A DNA stretch of 64,000 bases from Cyanophora paradoxa CCMP329. Its lineage: Eukaryota; Plantae; Glaucophyta. A program made the position numbers and the translations under genes. The notes under the pieces were generated by a model. That model searched no databases, was not told where the DNA came from, and saw nothing but the letters and a program-made list of their open reading frames with translations. Positions 24,205 to 36,899 of the stretch are shown piece after piece (positions within the stretch are counted from its first letter, which is position 1; each line of letters opens with the position of its first letter). Location: contig QPMI01000015.1 of the NCBI GenBank assembly GCA_004431415.1, forward strand, positions 248,001 to 312,000. The letters are read 5' to 3'.

Positions 24205-24712
24205 CCACTGCCCCGCCCGTATCTGTCCGCTTCTCATCCGACTCCGGATCCTGCTACTGTACATTCCTGCTGATATTCATGCCTTAGTTATTGATATTGG
24301 TACAGTTCTCTGTAGCCTAGTAGTGTAATGCCTGATATTTTACGGATTTTTCGTGCGATGCGCAAGCCATCTGCATGCCCCAGCGCACGTGCTCGCTTGC
24401 TATAGCGGAGGCCTGTACATGTAGCTAGAGCTGCGTGATGCGCAGTGTGCGATCGGACGGGGGCCACGGGTACCGGTCCCGCTCCGGCAAGGCTAGCCCC
24501 TGGTAAGCGCGCCTCCGGGAAGCCTGAATTCGAATGCTCGATGCCATGATGGCGCGGACACCCTCTTCCCCGGGCTCGGCTGTAGAGCACGGGGAATGAT
24601 GCAGAAAAAGTTGAATCCTGTCTAGAAAAAGTACAGCCTGACCCTGGTCCTACGCCTCCGAGCATGAAACTAACCTGACATCAGACAATGTTGCCTGCGT
24701 CACCAACTCGAC

Positions 24713-25654
24713 CTAATTCAAGCCGAGGCCGCTGAAAGCGGCAAGAACGGCGTCCGTCTCGGACTCCCGCGCGAAGCGGATGTGCGAGCTGGTTGCGCCA
24801 GTCTCCTCCTCGCCGAAGCGAATGTGAGTGTTCACGCGAACAGCCTCACGCGCCAGCGGGGCGGGGCTCTGCGTCTCGCTGTAGGTCTCGCTATCCTCCT
24901 CCTCGGGCTGCTCCTCGTCGTCAGACTCGCCGGCGTCCTCCAGGCCGCGGGGGTCGAGCGCGACGATCGAGGGCATGGTGGGCTCCACAGCGGTGGCATT
25001 TCCATCGTCTGCGAAGCGTGCCGCGTAAGAATCTTGAAAGTGGGGGCGGCAGCGAGGCCGCTTTCGCACCGTCGAAACGAAGGTGCACGCCGCGGGCAGC
25101 GAACGGCTCGGGGGCCGCGACAGGCGCCTCCTCGACGGGCGCGACCACCGGAGCGATCTCCTCATCGACAACGACGGCGTTGCCGTCCTCGTCGAAGCTG
25201 ATGAACAGAGTCAGGGGCATGACGCGCTCGCATGCAAGGCGCAAGCACCGGATGTGACGGCCCTTCGGGACATCCTCTTTCACTTCCTCATTCTTGGGCT
25301 GCTCGATCGGGGCGGGGATCGGCTGCGCGAGGTCGGGGTGAGCCGGGCACAGTAACCGCTAGCGCGCGCTGGGCTTACCGCGGCGATCGGCTCCGGCTTC
25401 TCGACAGGAGCCGGCTTGTTGATGTTCTCAGATGCGGGGACAGCCACCTTGTTGGTGCGGTCCGCGAGAGGCGACGCCGCCGGCTCGGTGACGGCCTTCG
25501 AGGCGCGCGCGGCGGCGGAAGAGGCACGCGTAGTGATGGGCATGTTTGCTGCTGTGGTACTGGGGCTGCTGGTGGTGGTGCTGGTGCTGGTGCTGGGAAT
25601 GACTCTGCTGGTCTGCTGGTTTGCTGCAACGGCACCTTGGGGGGGTACGCTCAT
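24713..25654 (-). CDS. Hypothetical acidic disordered protein with four H[IL]RF repeats
   Basis: Spliced exons give KGRHIRFDEDGN, RGVHLRFDDDGN, NTHIRFGEEE and SSHIRFARE. Stop at 24713. Confidence 0.65.
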
Positions 25655-25961
25655 CGGCGAAGAGCTCGCTCTTCCGGTCCATCGGGGCGGCTCGAGCTCC
25701 GGCCAGCGCTAACTATAGGAACTGGTTGCGGTCGGCTCAACTTGGCAACTCGTGCCGCAGTGCGCGCGTTATACAGTAGTAGCCGCGCCGGCGCCGGCGG
25801 CAGAGCGCCGCTGGCCCAGTAGTACTCAGTGACCGTAAGCGACGCCGAGTCGGGCGCCGCTACGTATACTAGATCAGCGCCGCGCGCTGAGTCAGAGCGA
25901 CCGTAATTTATAAGCGCCGCGCTACGCAAGATCAGCGCCGGCGCTACTACGCCAGCTTCTA

Positions 25962-26228
25962 GCGTCGCGCGCGCCGCGAACGTCGGACGGCCCTCGCCAT
26001 CCGAGGAACATCTGAGCGTGCTGTTCGCATACCACAAGCACAGCAACACTGACTCTGCGCGCACCCCAGGTCCGAGCGCCACGGCAGGCGCCGCCACGCA
26101 AGCCCAGCGCTAGCTGGGGTTAGATCCCCACGCGCGCGTCGCGCGCGCCGCGACGGCCCTCGCCACCCGAGGAACATCTGAGCGTGCTGTACGCATACCA
26201 CAAGCACAACAACGCTGACTAGCGCGCA
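25962..26228. repeat. Imperfect direct repeat of about 95-100 bp (25962-26063 and 26136-26228)
   Basis: Shared core gacggccctcgcca(t/c)ccgaggaacatctgagcgtgctgt(t/a)cgcataccacaagcaca(g/a)caac(a/g)ctgact. Confidence 0.9.
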
Positions 26229-26254
26229 GGAAGCGCGGGGCGCGGGCGGGGCCG

Positions 26255-29200
26255 TCACAGGTAGCCCGACTCGCGCATGATGCGGCGCACAGTGCTGATC
26301 TCCGACCCGAGCGTCTCGAGGCGCGACTCGAGCTCCTTCTTGCGCCGCCGCTGCTCGGCCGTCTTGCCCGCCGTCGAGGGGAGCCGCGCGTACTCCGCCT
26401 CCAGGCGGTCCTTCTCCACGCAGAGGCCCATGAGCGTCTTCTCGAGCGAGTTGAACTGCAGCTCGTCACGCGTCCGCGGGCCGTCCACCGCGAACGGCAC
26501 AATCTCGCCCTCCCTCCGCCCCGCGGGGGCGGCCGGCGCCGCCGCCGCGGCCGCCGCGGGCGGCGGGGCGGGCCGCGGGGCGGGGGGCGGCTCGGGCGCG
26601 GAGGGCGGCTCGGAGAGGTGGCGCGAGGAGTGGTGCCGGGAGCGCGGCTGCTCCTCGGCGAGCTTGGGCGGCCCCGCGTGCTTGAACTTCTGGTACACCT
26701 CCAGAATCGCCTCGAGCTGCGGCGCGGCGCTCGCGGGCGGGCGGGCGGGCGGGCGGGCGGGCGGGCGGGCGGGCGGGCGGGGGTTGGCGGGGGTATGATG
26801 GGAGGGGCACCTCCTCCTGGCTCGGCAGCCCGTGTTCCAGCGGGTCGATGCGCGGCTGCGGCTCCGGCGCCCGCGGCGGAGGGGCCGGCGGGGGAGGCTC
26901 CGGGGGCGGGGCCGCGCGTAGCGGGGCGGGGTGACGGGCCGCGGCGGCTCGGGCTCGGGCGACGGCGGCTCGTCCCAGGCCATCGCGCGGAGCGGCGGGG
27001 AGCGGTCGCGCTCGCGCTCGTGGTGGCCGTGGACCGAGCCGGCGTCGCTCCCCGTGAAGAGGTTGAAGCTCGTCTGCTGCCCCCGCGCCGTCGAGGGCCG
27101 CGCCACGAGCCCCTGCAGGCTCGTCCGCGGCCGCGCCGCGATCTCCTTGAGCGCCGAGCCCGGGCCCGGCAGCGCCCCCACCGAGGCCCGCACGGGCGAG
27201 GCCGACGAGCGCCCGCCGCCGCCGGCCCGTGCGAGAGCGCCCGCGGCGCGGGCGCCGCGCTCGCCGCGTGCGAGCGCCCGCGGGCCTCTGCGTGCTGCGG
27301 GCGCGCCTCTATGTGCTGCGGGCGCGGCTCTGGCGCGGCAGCGGCCGCCGAGGCCGCGTGGCGGAGCTCGCGGCGGGCCTCGTTCAGCTGCCCGCGCGTC
27401 TCGGCGTGCGCGGCGCGCTCGTCCTGCAGGCCCTTGGTCGCCCCGTCCAGTTTGATCCGCAGCATGTTGCACTCCTTCGCCAGGCGGTCCGCCGCCCCCG
27501 CCGCCTCCTGCCGCCCCCATCAGCGCGGCCCGGCCTCGCCCCGGCGCCCCGCGCCCGCCCGCGCCGCACCTTCTCGCGGCGGACGGCGGCCTGGAGCTCG
27601 TCGCGGAGGACCTCGATCTGCTCCTTAAGCTTGCCCGTGTCGCGCTCACCGGCGGCGGCCTTCTCGCGGGCGCCGTGCAGGTCCCGCCGCAGCGCGTCGT
27701 TCTCGAGGCTCAGCTGCCGGATGGCCGCCACGGCGCGCTTCTGCTGGCCCTCCGCCTCCTCCAGCTTCTCCTCCAGGCCCCGCCGCCCCGAGAGCGCCGC
27801 CTGCTCCTCCCGGTCCCGCTCCTGCAGGGCGCGCTCCTGCTGCGCCCGGCCCCGCGCCAGCTCCTGCTCCAGCTGGCCCACCTGCAGCGGGCCGTCGGCA
27901 AAGCCCGCGGCGCGGGCGGGGGGCGGTGGGGCGCGCCCGCGTGAGGGCCTCGGCGAGCTGCGAGCGAAGCTTGGCCTCGGCCGCGGAAGGCGCCGCGAAC
28001 TGCGGCGGCGGGGGCGCCGCGGAGGCGGAGGCGGCGCCGAGGCTCGGCGCGGCGCCCTGCGGGGGCCCCGGAAGTGAAGCGGACACGCCGGTGGAGGGCG
28101 GCTGCGGCCGGCGGCGGGGCGCCTGCGGGCCGGCTCGCTCGAGAGAAAGGGGGAAGGGGCGCGGGGGGTACGCACGCGAATGACGACGTCGCCGTCGACG
28201 ATCTCCTCGATGCCGGAGGGGGCCTGCTGCTGGGCCCGCCAGTACTGCTCCGGCGCCGGCGCCGCCTCCCACGCCGACGAGGTCCGCGCCGGCGTGGCGC
28301 CGTGCGAGGGCGGGGCCGCCGGGGCGGGCGGGGACGGCAGCGGCGTCGGCCACGCGTTCTCCGCGGCGGTCGTCTGCTGCCCCGCGTCGTGGAACGTCGC
28401 AATGGCTCGGTCCGTCCGCGGCGCCGGGGCCGGCGTTGACGCGGGGCCGGCTGGGGCGCGGGCGCGGGGCCGGCTGGGGCGCGGGCGCGGGTGGCGGGGG
28501 CGGGGGGCCATGGCGACGGCGTAAGGGAAGGCGCCCGGGTGCGCCTGGAGGTACACGGTCTGCGGGGCCGGGATGTACTGCGGGATGGGGACCGGCTGGA
28601 CCGGCGGGGGTGGAGGCGGCGGCGGAGTGGGGGCGGGGGCGGCGGGGGGCGGGGCCGGGGCCGGGGCCGGGGCCGGGGCCGGCGGGGAGATGGCGGCAAC
28701 CGCAGCGGCGACGGAGAGGCGGTTGGTCATCTCGTGGAGGCGGCCGATCTCGGCGTCGTACCGCTCCTGCGCCCGCCCTCAGCAGGGCGGGCGCCAGGGC
28801 GGGGCCCCGGGCAGCAAGGGGGGGACGCGGCGCGCCTTGAGGGCGCGCATGCCGGCGGCGTTGACCTCTTCCTGGACCTCCGTGTTCCGCTTCAGGCTCT
28901 CCAGCTGCCGCTTGATCGGGCTCAGCAGCCGCTCCGCGTCCCCTTCTTGGCCTGCGCGGACGCCTCAGCGACGGCGCGCGACGCGAAGGAGAGACGGCCC
29001 GGCCCGGCGCACTCAGGCGGGTCACGGGGGCGGGCTGCCCGAAGGAGAGCTGGCCGCGCGCCGGGGACGGGTCGAACGGAACCTGAGCCGGCGCTCAACG
29101 GGGCGCCGCAGCTTAAGCGCCGGAGTCGCAAACCTCGCTGATGCGCACGAGGCGCGTGTTGACCATAAGCGACTCGTCCTCTGCGGCCCCGGCGTGAGCT

Positions 29201-30194
29201 GCGCGACACGGGAGGAGAAGTTGGGCCCTCGGACCCTCGCTCTCCGCGTGGGCGACAGCGCTCGCGTTGTCCACCGCGTCGTGTCCGTAGCGGTCGGGCG
29301 CGGGGCCCCGGCGAGACACGAAGGCGGGCGTCGGGGCCGGCGCCGCGGTCGGCGGCGGCCCGTAGAGGACGGAGGCGGGCGAGTCGGGGACGCGGGAGGC
29401 CCGCGACGGCCCGCGGAGGGCGGAGTGGGCGGAGAAGTCGAGCCCGCCGCGCGGGGCGGAGGTGACCTTGTTGCCCTTGTCGCGGCGCGGCGGCTCGGGC
29501 TCGGCATCGAACGTGTCCTCGAACTCGGGCTCGTCTTGCTCGGCGGGCGGCGCCCGCCGCTGCTCCGCGAGGTCGATTTCCCGCCCCAGGATGCGCTCGT
29601 CCTCGCGGTGCGGCCGGTGCCGCGGCGGCGAGGCCCGCGTGGCCAGGGACGGGCTGGTCGCCCGCTGCGGCGCATCCGCGGACGAGGCCTGGGGGGAGGG
29701 CGCGCGGAACGTCGGCAGGCCCTCCCGGCTCTTGATGGCACCCGCCAGGAACCTGCCGAAGGCTTTAGCTAAGCGCCCACTCGCTAGCGCCGCCCGGCCG
29801 CAGCGCTCACTTGTTCAGCGTCTGTGCGCTGAGGCCGCCGCCGCGGGACTTCGGAACGTTATCGCGCAGCGGCACGTTCTCGCCGCCAGCGGGCGGCACG
29901 CTGGACCCGTCCGAGGCGTGCGCTTGCGTGGAGCTGAGGCGGCCGGGCGTCAACGAATCGGGTGGACGGGCAGGCGGGGAGCGCGTACGCAGACCCGAGC
30001 AGGTGGTCGCTCGTTGTCCGAGCGTATTCAATGGCAGCCATCGCCTGAGCCTGCAGGGCGGGCCGGCCAGAGCTCAGCCCGCATCGCTCGCGCGCACGGC
30101 CGGAAGGGCGCACTTTGAAATCGGCTAGGCTACTCAGGACGCTGTCAACTTCCGCGTCCTTGGAGGACCAGTCCTCTGAGAACGCGGAGGACAT
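26255..30194 (-). CDS. Large proline-rich/coiled-coil protein with an M-phase phosphoprotein 9 (MPP9)-like C-terminus
   Basis: Probable start MSSAFSEDWSSKDAEVDSVL at 30194; coiled-coil exons; C-terminus LEKTLMGLCVEKDRLEAEYARLP...KELESRLETLGSEISTVRRIMRE resembles the MPHOSPH9 C-terminus. Confidence 0.6.
26733..26780. repeat. (GCGG)n microsatellite in an intron
   Basis: About 12 tandem GCGG units. Confidence 0.9.
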
Positions 30195-30382
30195 CTTCGA
30201 TGTGAGCTCGCTGCGCGTCAAGCACGACTGGTCGTTGCTTTGGCGTTGTACCCGTCCCCCGGCGCGGTCACTCCGCAAACGTTGTAAACAGGCGCCGATT
30301 GCACGCGCGGCGCGAAGCAGCAGCGATGAAATCATTCACTGAGCAAGCCTGGTCCTGAGCCCGCATCGAGTCCGGTCCAGCG

Positions 30383-33300
30383 ATGTTCGACGCAATCAAG
30401 GGCCGGAGCAGCAAGGCCAAGAAGCAGGAAACAAAAGAGCAGGTAAGCAGATGAGCGGAGCGCGGCGGGGCCGCCGGACCCCCACAACCAGAACCCTGTC
30501 ACCCGCCTGCGCGGGCGGGGGCCGCCTGCATGGAACGCGAATCGAGCGCTGACATTGATCGACGGCAGTTCATCGAGCGTACAAAGCACGAGCGCGAGCA
30601 GCGACGAGACACACGGGTCTTGGAGGCGTCCGTGGTATGCGCCCCTCGGATGAAGCTACGGCTCGCCGGCCCAGCTGACGCCGGCGGCAGCTGCGCCTGC
30701 AGCAATGGGTGCGGCGGATCCAAGAGGCGCAGCGGGTGCGGCGGCAGAAGCGGGAGGCGTGGGACCATGCGTACAGGGACTTCCTGCCGCCTGACTTCGC
30801 GACGCTGGATCTGACGAAGAGCGGCGACTCGCTGCCATTCTCGAAGGTGCAGCCCACGGCGGAGGATCTCTACCGCGTCGTCTCCGACTTCCTGCGCTTC
30901 TACCGGTCCTACGATGAGGCAGACCACCGCCGCCTCCTCGTCGTCTGCCACGTCGTCCTCCAGAGGTGCCCCCGCCCCGCGCTCCGTGCCCCGCGCTGCG
31001 TCGCCGAGCCGCGCGCACGTGCAGCATGGAGAGCACGCAGCCGGAGTACAACTACGCGTCGAACGTGCTGGAGTCTCGCTCGGGGGCGTGGCAGTTCCAG
31101 ATCCGCTCCTTCCTGCTCGTCTGCATGCGGAAGATCTCCCCCCCGCCGACCCTCTCGCTCCCGTCGCTCGCCTCGGCCAGCTCGGGCGGGCCCCCCCAGC
31201 TGCGATCCAGCCGGAGCCTCGGGAGCAGCCGGGCGCAGAGCCGGGCCCAGAGCCGGCTGCACAGCCGCACGGGCAGCCGCGAGCTCGAGGAGATGCTAGA
31301 GAAGGAGCGCACGCTGGAGACGCTGCCCCTCCGCTGCCTCGTCGTCTTCACTGACGCGACCTCCTGGCGGGTCGGCCCCCTCCCCCCGCCGCCCCTCCCT
31401 CCCCCGCGCTCACGCACACCCGCCCCCCAGATCTGCACGACCGTGATGTTCACGGACACGGGCGGGCGCCTCGGGAAGCAGACGTTCTACTCCAGGGCAC
31501 GCCCCGCCCCGCCCCGCCCCGCCCCGCCCCGCCGCCCGCTGAAGCCTTGCTCGCCCCGCCAGATATCGATGGGGTTCCTGGACTTTCTGGTGCAGGAGGG
31601 CCTCTACAACTTCGTGCACACGGGGCTGGAGCGGGCGCTGATGGGCCACAACGCGCAACTGCGCTCGGCGCGCGCCGTCGAGGAGTTCTTCAAGGCGGTC
31701 ATGATGCTGGCCGTGCGTCCGCTCCAGTTCCCCCAGACGTGGCCCATCCCCTCCAAGATCCACGACAAGTACCTCCAGGTCCGTGCCTCGCTTCAGACGC
31801 CCTTGGGTTAAGCTTAGCTCCTTAGCCGCGCGTCTCTCTCGCCTCCTGTACTTCGAGGCCCTTTAGATCGTTTTTGAGGCTCCCTGCGCTTTATCGTGGC
31901 GCCCGACGCTGGACCGGATCCCCTTGGCTTGAACCTAGCTCCCCGCGCCCCTCCTCCTTCTGACGCCCCCCCTCCGCTCAGTTCGCGCTGGCGACTTTCT
32001 CGCACGCGAATGTTGCGGAGCGGCTGCCGCCGACGGCGGCGGGCCTCTACCAGCGCCGCGAGACCTTCTGCGGCTGCGTCATGGCCCTCGAGAACGCCGT
32101 GCGGCCCGGCGCCCCCGCCCCCGTCTACAGACGCCCAGCGCGCCTAAGGAGGCGTCCCCGCGCGCAGGCCTCGGCGGTGCTGCCGAGCCCCCCGATCTCG
32201 ATGCTGGCCGGCCACGAGGCCCGCCTGCGCGCCCTCGTGGGCAACCTCGTGGAGTTCGCCGTACCCTGGCTCCCGTCCCTGGAGGACATGGTACCCCCCT
32301 TCGTGCAGCTCCTCCACCTGGTCTTCACGCTGGACTACGAGTTCCTGTACCCGGGCGCCTCCGGCTCGGGCAAGGCCGGCGGCGTGGTCGGGGACTTGGA
32401 GCCGGGCTTCCTGGCCCAGGTGCAGCACCTGTGGAGCCCGCACTTCGTGCGGCTGCTCTTCCGGCGGCTGCTCGCCCGCGAGGAGCGCAAGCGGGCCGAG
32501 GCGAGGGCGAACGCGCCGCTGGACGGCACGTCGCGGAGCTTCTTCGGCACCAACGAGCTCGGCTTCAACGCGCAGGCGGCCGCCGCCTCCGTCGCGCAGC
32601 AGAAGGATGCCAAGGCCAAGAAGCGGGGGCTCCTGGGGGTCTTCGGGCGGGGCCACGGCGAGGCGCCGGCCCCGCCGCAGGCGCAGGCGGCCGGCGGCTC
32701 GGGCCACTCGGGCGCGGGCGGCGGCGAGGACGAGGGGACGAGCAGCAGCTCCTCCAAAGGCGGGCGCAGCAAGTCGCGGGGCGGGGGTACCATCGGGGGC
32801 CCCAGCATGGCCGCCCTCCGCGTCTCCGAGTCCGTCCTCGTCTGCAGCATGTGCGTGGCGCCTCCCCTCCCACCCCTGCACCCCAGAGAGACACCCCAGA
32901 GCGCTGTGAGCTGCCTTGAGCCGTGCCCGTCCGCCTCTGACGAGGCGACGGTCGGGGCAGGTACGTGGCGCTGGCGCAGCGGCTGCGGGGCCAGCGGGTG
33001 CACATCCTGAACGCCCTAGCCTTCCTCCCGGACCTCCTCGCCGGCGTCTTCCGCCTCGTCCGCGAGAACCGCCTCCTCGAGCTCCACACCCGCCCCTCCT
33101 TCGACGACCCCCTCGTGCGCCCCGCCCCGCCCCCTCTGCTTTCGCTCCGCCCCTTGGCGAAAGTAGATGCATCGCCTTTAAATAAGCGCCGACTCCTTAT
33201 CCTTGTCCTCCCCTTCTCCCTCTCCTCCACCCCACCCCACTCCCCCTCCCCCTCCTCCCCCCCTCCCTCCCCCCTCGCTCAGACGGGCCGCGGCAGAGCC

Positions 33301-35176
33301 CCCTCTTCTCCTTCTTCTGCGAGTGCTACACGCACCTCCTCATCGCCGTCGACGACGAGGGTCCGCCCACTCCTCGCCTCGCCTCTTCGGGTCGGGTCGG
33401 CGCCGACGCGGCCGCAGAGTTCTTCGTGCGGGAGAGCCCCTTCCCGCTGCGGGAGAACGCCATCCTGGCGGACATGCTCAACCGCCTTGTCTTCCGCATG
33501 CACTGGCGCGGCTGCCCCGACGCGCACCTCGCGGGGGCGGCCTCGGCGCTGCTGCACCAGCTGCACGTGCGGGACGCGCGGCGGGCCTTCTGCAGCCCCT
33601 CCATGTGGCTCCTCCAGGAGCGCGACGTCTCCCCGGACGCAGTCCTCCAGGTCAGCTCGAGGCCCTTTTAACACCGTCTGGCGCCGATCTAGAAGATTAA
33701 AAGATTACGCATAAGAATAAGACTCGATCGGGCTGTCCTTCCTGTGGCGCGCCCCGCCCCGCATCTCATCCTTCATTCGCGGCGCAGGAGGCGCTGCAGG
33801 GGCAGCCCCGCGCCCTCGCCGTCCTCAGATCCATCCCCCACGTGTGAGCGCCCAGTACCCCCCTCCCGCCCCTCCCCCCCATCCCCCACCCTCCTCGAAC
33901 CCGGGCGCAGCATCCCCTTCGAGCGGCGCGTGGAGCTCTTCCGCGCGCTGATGGCCCGCGAGCGCGCCGCCCACCAGGCGCGCCCCCTCCCGCCCCCGCC
34001 ACGTCTTTCCCGCCCCGCTCTCAAGCTGAGCGAGCCCGCAGCGGGCTGTGCACATCAAGGTCCGCCGGAACCTCGTCATCGAGGACGGCTTCGCGCAGCT
34101 CGGCGCCCAGGCGAGCGGGCCCCTCCCCAGCCCCACGCTCTCTCCTCCTCCTTCTTAGCGGCGCGGCGGGGGCAGGCGGCGGGGGCGCTGCGGAACCCGG
34201 TGAAGGTGACCTTCGTGAACGCGGCGGGGCTGGAGGAGGCCGGCATCGACCAGCGCGGCCTCTTCAAGGAGTTCCTGGAGGACACCCTCCGCCTTGCCTT
34301 CAGGCAAGCCCCCCGCCTCGTCCTCTTCCCCCCGCCCCCCTGAGGCCCCGCAGCTCGTCGTACGGGCTCTTCGTGCCGAACGCGAAGCGGGACCTGCACC
34401 CGTCCGTCACCTCGGGGGTGGCGCAGCCCAACCACCTCGCCCTCTTCCGCTTCCTCGGGCGCCTCCTCGCCAAGGCCCTCTACGAAGGCATCGTCGTCGA
34501 GGCGCGCCCCCTTTCCCTCTGCTTTTCTTCCCCCCCCATCTACTCACTGCTTCGCCCTTGCCCGCGTGCAGATCCCCCTCGCGCCGTTCTTCCTGCTGAA
34601 GCTGCTGGGGCGCCGCCCGACGATCGAGGACCTGCCCACGCTCGACGCCCCCCTCTACAAATCCCTCTGCTTCCTCAAGACCTACTCGGGCAACGTCGGC
34701 GACCTCTCCATGGACTTCACCGTCACGGACGACCTCGTGACCTCCTTTCCTCCCTCCTCCCGTGGGGGTACGCCCTTGTCTGACCGGCGAGCTCAGATGG
34801 GGAGGAAGGTGGTCCACGAGCTCCGTCCCGGCGGCTCGAAGGTCCGCCCGGCTCGCCAGCTCGAACTTCCCCGATCCGTCTCGAACCCGGGACCTGCCAC
34901 CCGCAGATCTCCGTCACGGAGCAGAACCGAATCGCCTACGTGCACCTCATGGCCGACTACCGCCTGAACCGCCAAGCGCGTACCCCCCTCCCCTGTCTTC
35001 CCCTGTTCTGGTTTTCCTTACCCGCCCCGCAGATCCAGCCCCAGTGCGACGCATTCCTCACCGGATTCTACGTCCGCACCTCTACCCCCTCGCTTTCTTC
35101 CCCTCCCCTCGTGACGTCATTTCCCCCAGGACGTCGTACCCCCCGACACGCTGCGGCTCTTCAGCTCCCCGGCTGA

Positions 35177-35207
<31 letters not shown>

Positions 35208-35930
35208 CAAAAAAGAGGAATTTTGCCCTGCACCCACGCTTTCGCCTCATCCCCCCGCAGCTGCAGCGCCTTATCTCCGGAGACAATGCGGAGATCAGCG
35301 TGGACGACATGAGGCGCCACACACTCTACGCGGGGGGGTACACCCACGACAACAAGGCGAGCCCGCCCTCGTACCCCTCTTCGCACCGCCCTGTCCTAAC
35401 CGGACCAGTTCAGGTCATCAAGATGTTCTGGGAGGCATGCTGGCCGCCACCTGGCCCCGCCCTCGTTTCCGCCGCCCGCGCCTCTGATCGAAGCCGGCTC
35501 GGCAGGTCGTGGAGGAGATGAGCGGGACGGAGCGGCGCGCCCTCCTCAAGTTCGCAACCTCGTGCTCGCGGGTCAGTCGGCCCACATGAAGCCAGTGGCG
35601 CCGCGCATCGCCCTGACGGGCGGGGGTCACGCAGCCACCGCTGCTGGGCTTCGGGCACCTGCAGCCGCCCTTCACGATCCACCAGGTCCAGACGCAGGCG
35701 ACCACCTCCTTCAGCTTCTTCGGGCTCGGCGTGCAGGACACCGACAGGCCCGCCTCGCGCCGCCCCTACCCAGTACCCCCATCCCCCCTGCTTCCTGACC
35801 TCGTCGCAGGCTGCCGACGGCGGCGACGTGCTTCAACACGCTCAAGTTACCCGCCTACAAGAAGAAGAAAACGATGCGAGAGAAACTCCTGCAGGCCATC
35901 TCGTCCTCCTCGGGCTTCGAGCTCTCGTAG
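30383..35930 (+). CDS. HECT E3 ubiquitin ligase, UBE3B/UBE3C (UPL6/UPL7) family
   Basis: N-terminal REQRR + IQ-like segment; HECT motifs [65 protein letters not shown]; C-terminus GFELS*. Confidence 0.9.
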
Positions 35931-36899
35931 CCCCCTCCCCACACGCTCCCCCCCTTCGCATCGGCTCCCCGCCCCCCTGCCTTTGGCCTTCCTGCCTCCT
36001 ACAGCTTGGATGCCTCGTCTTAGTTTACCATACAGTGTCTTGATTCCACGAAACTATAGAAACTACAGACTACTGGCATAATAGGCTGGGCTAACGGGCA
36101 TGGACTTGAGTTCCAGGAACAGCTTCTGCGTTATATTGATCTTCAACGTTCATAGGTAATTGCTCAGCCGCTGAGCGGCTTGAATTCTAGTATCCCGTAC
36201 ACGTAGTACGAACCATATGCATGGCCTGCATGCGCAGCTGGGCCGCCCAGCCTGGCAGCTGCGCATCATGGCATGCAGCCTGGCAGCTGCAGCGGCCCGT
36301 GCATCTCACAGTCTGCCATGATGCCCGCAGCCATGATGCAGCCATGATGGCCAATTAATATTGCAAGTCACTGAGTGGCAGTGGCACTGCGGCATTATCA
36401 TCATGGCATGACCATATGCATGAGTCGACGATGCCATGATGGGGCTGACGGTGAGTTTACGGTTCCTGAGTCGACGTTCCTAACTTGTAACTTTGCAACT
36501 AATTCAATATTAACGTTTAAATGTAAGTCAACGTTGGCCCGTATGCCATGATGCATGTACATCATGGCATCATGGCATGTGCCCGCGGCCCACTGGGCCA
36601 TGGCCAGTGCACGTGGCCTGTGGCCCAATCGGATTCCGGGACCCGGAGCTCGGACCCTTGGCCCGAATTAATTATGAATTTACTAATGTTTAGTGAGACT
36701 CAGTTAATAAGTTGCATGGTCATTGAATCATTGATTGTTAATAAGAATGGCCAAAGGACTAGTTTTAGAGCTACTCTGGTTTGAGGTCATGAGTCTCTGA
36801 GGCTCTAAACTGGGCCAAGTGCAGGCTGGGTAGGTGCAAGCCCTGAGGCTAGCGCTGATTGTATGCATGTTCCCGGCTCAATTGCCACAAACGAAGGGC

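Noticed and set aside
28651-28680. (GGGGCC)5 hexamer repeat
   Set aside because: It simply encodes an (AP)n linker on the minus strand.
35181-35208. Poly-C tract of about 28 nt
   Set aside because: Intronic homopolymer of unreliable length with no evidence of function.
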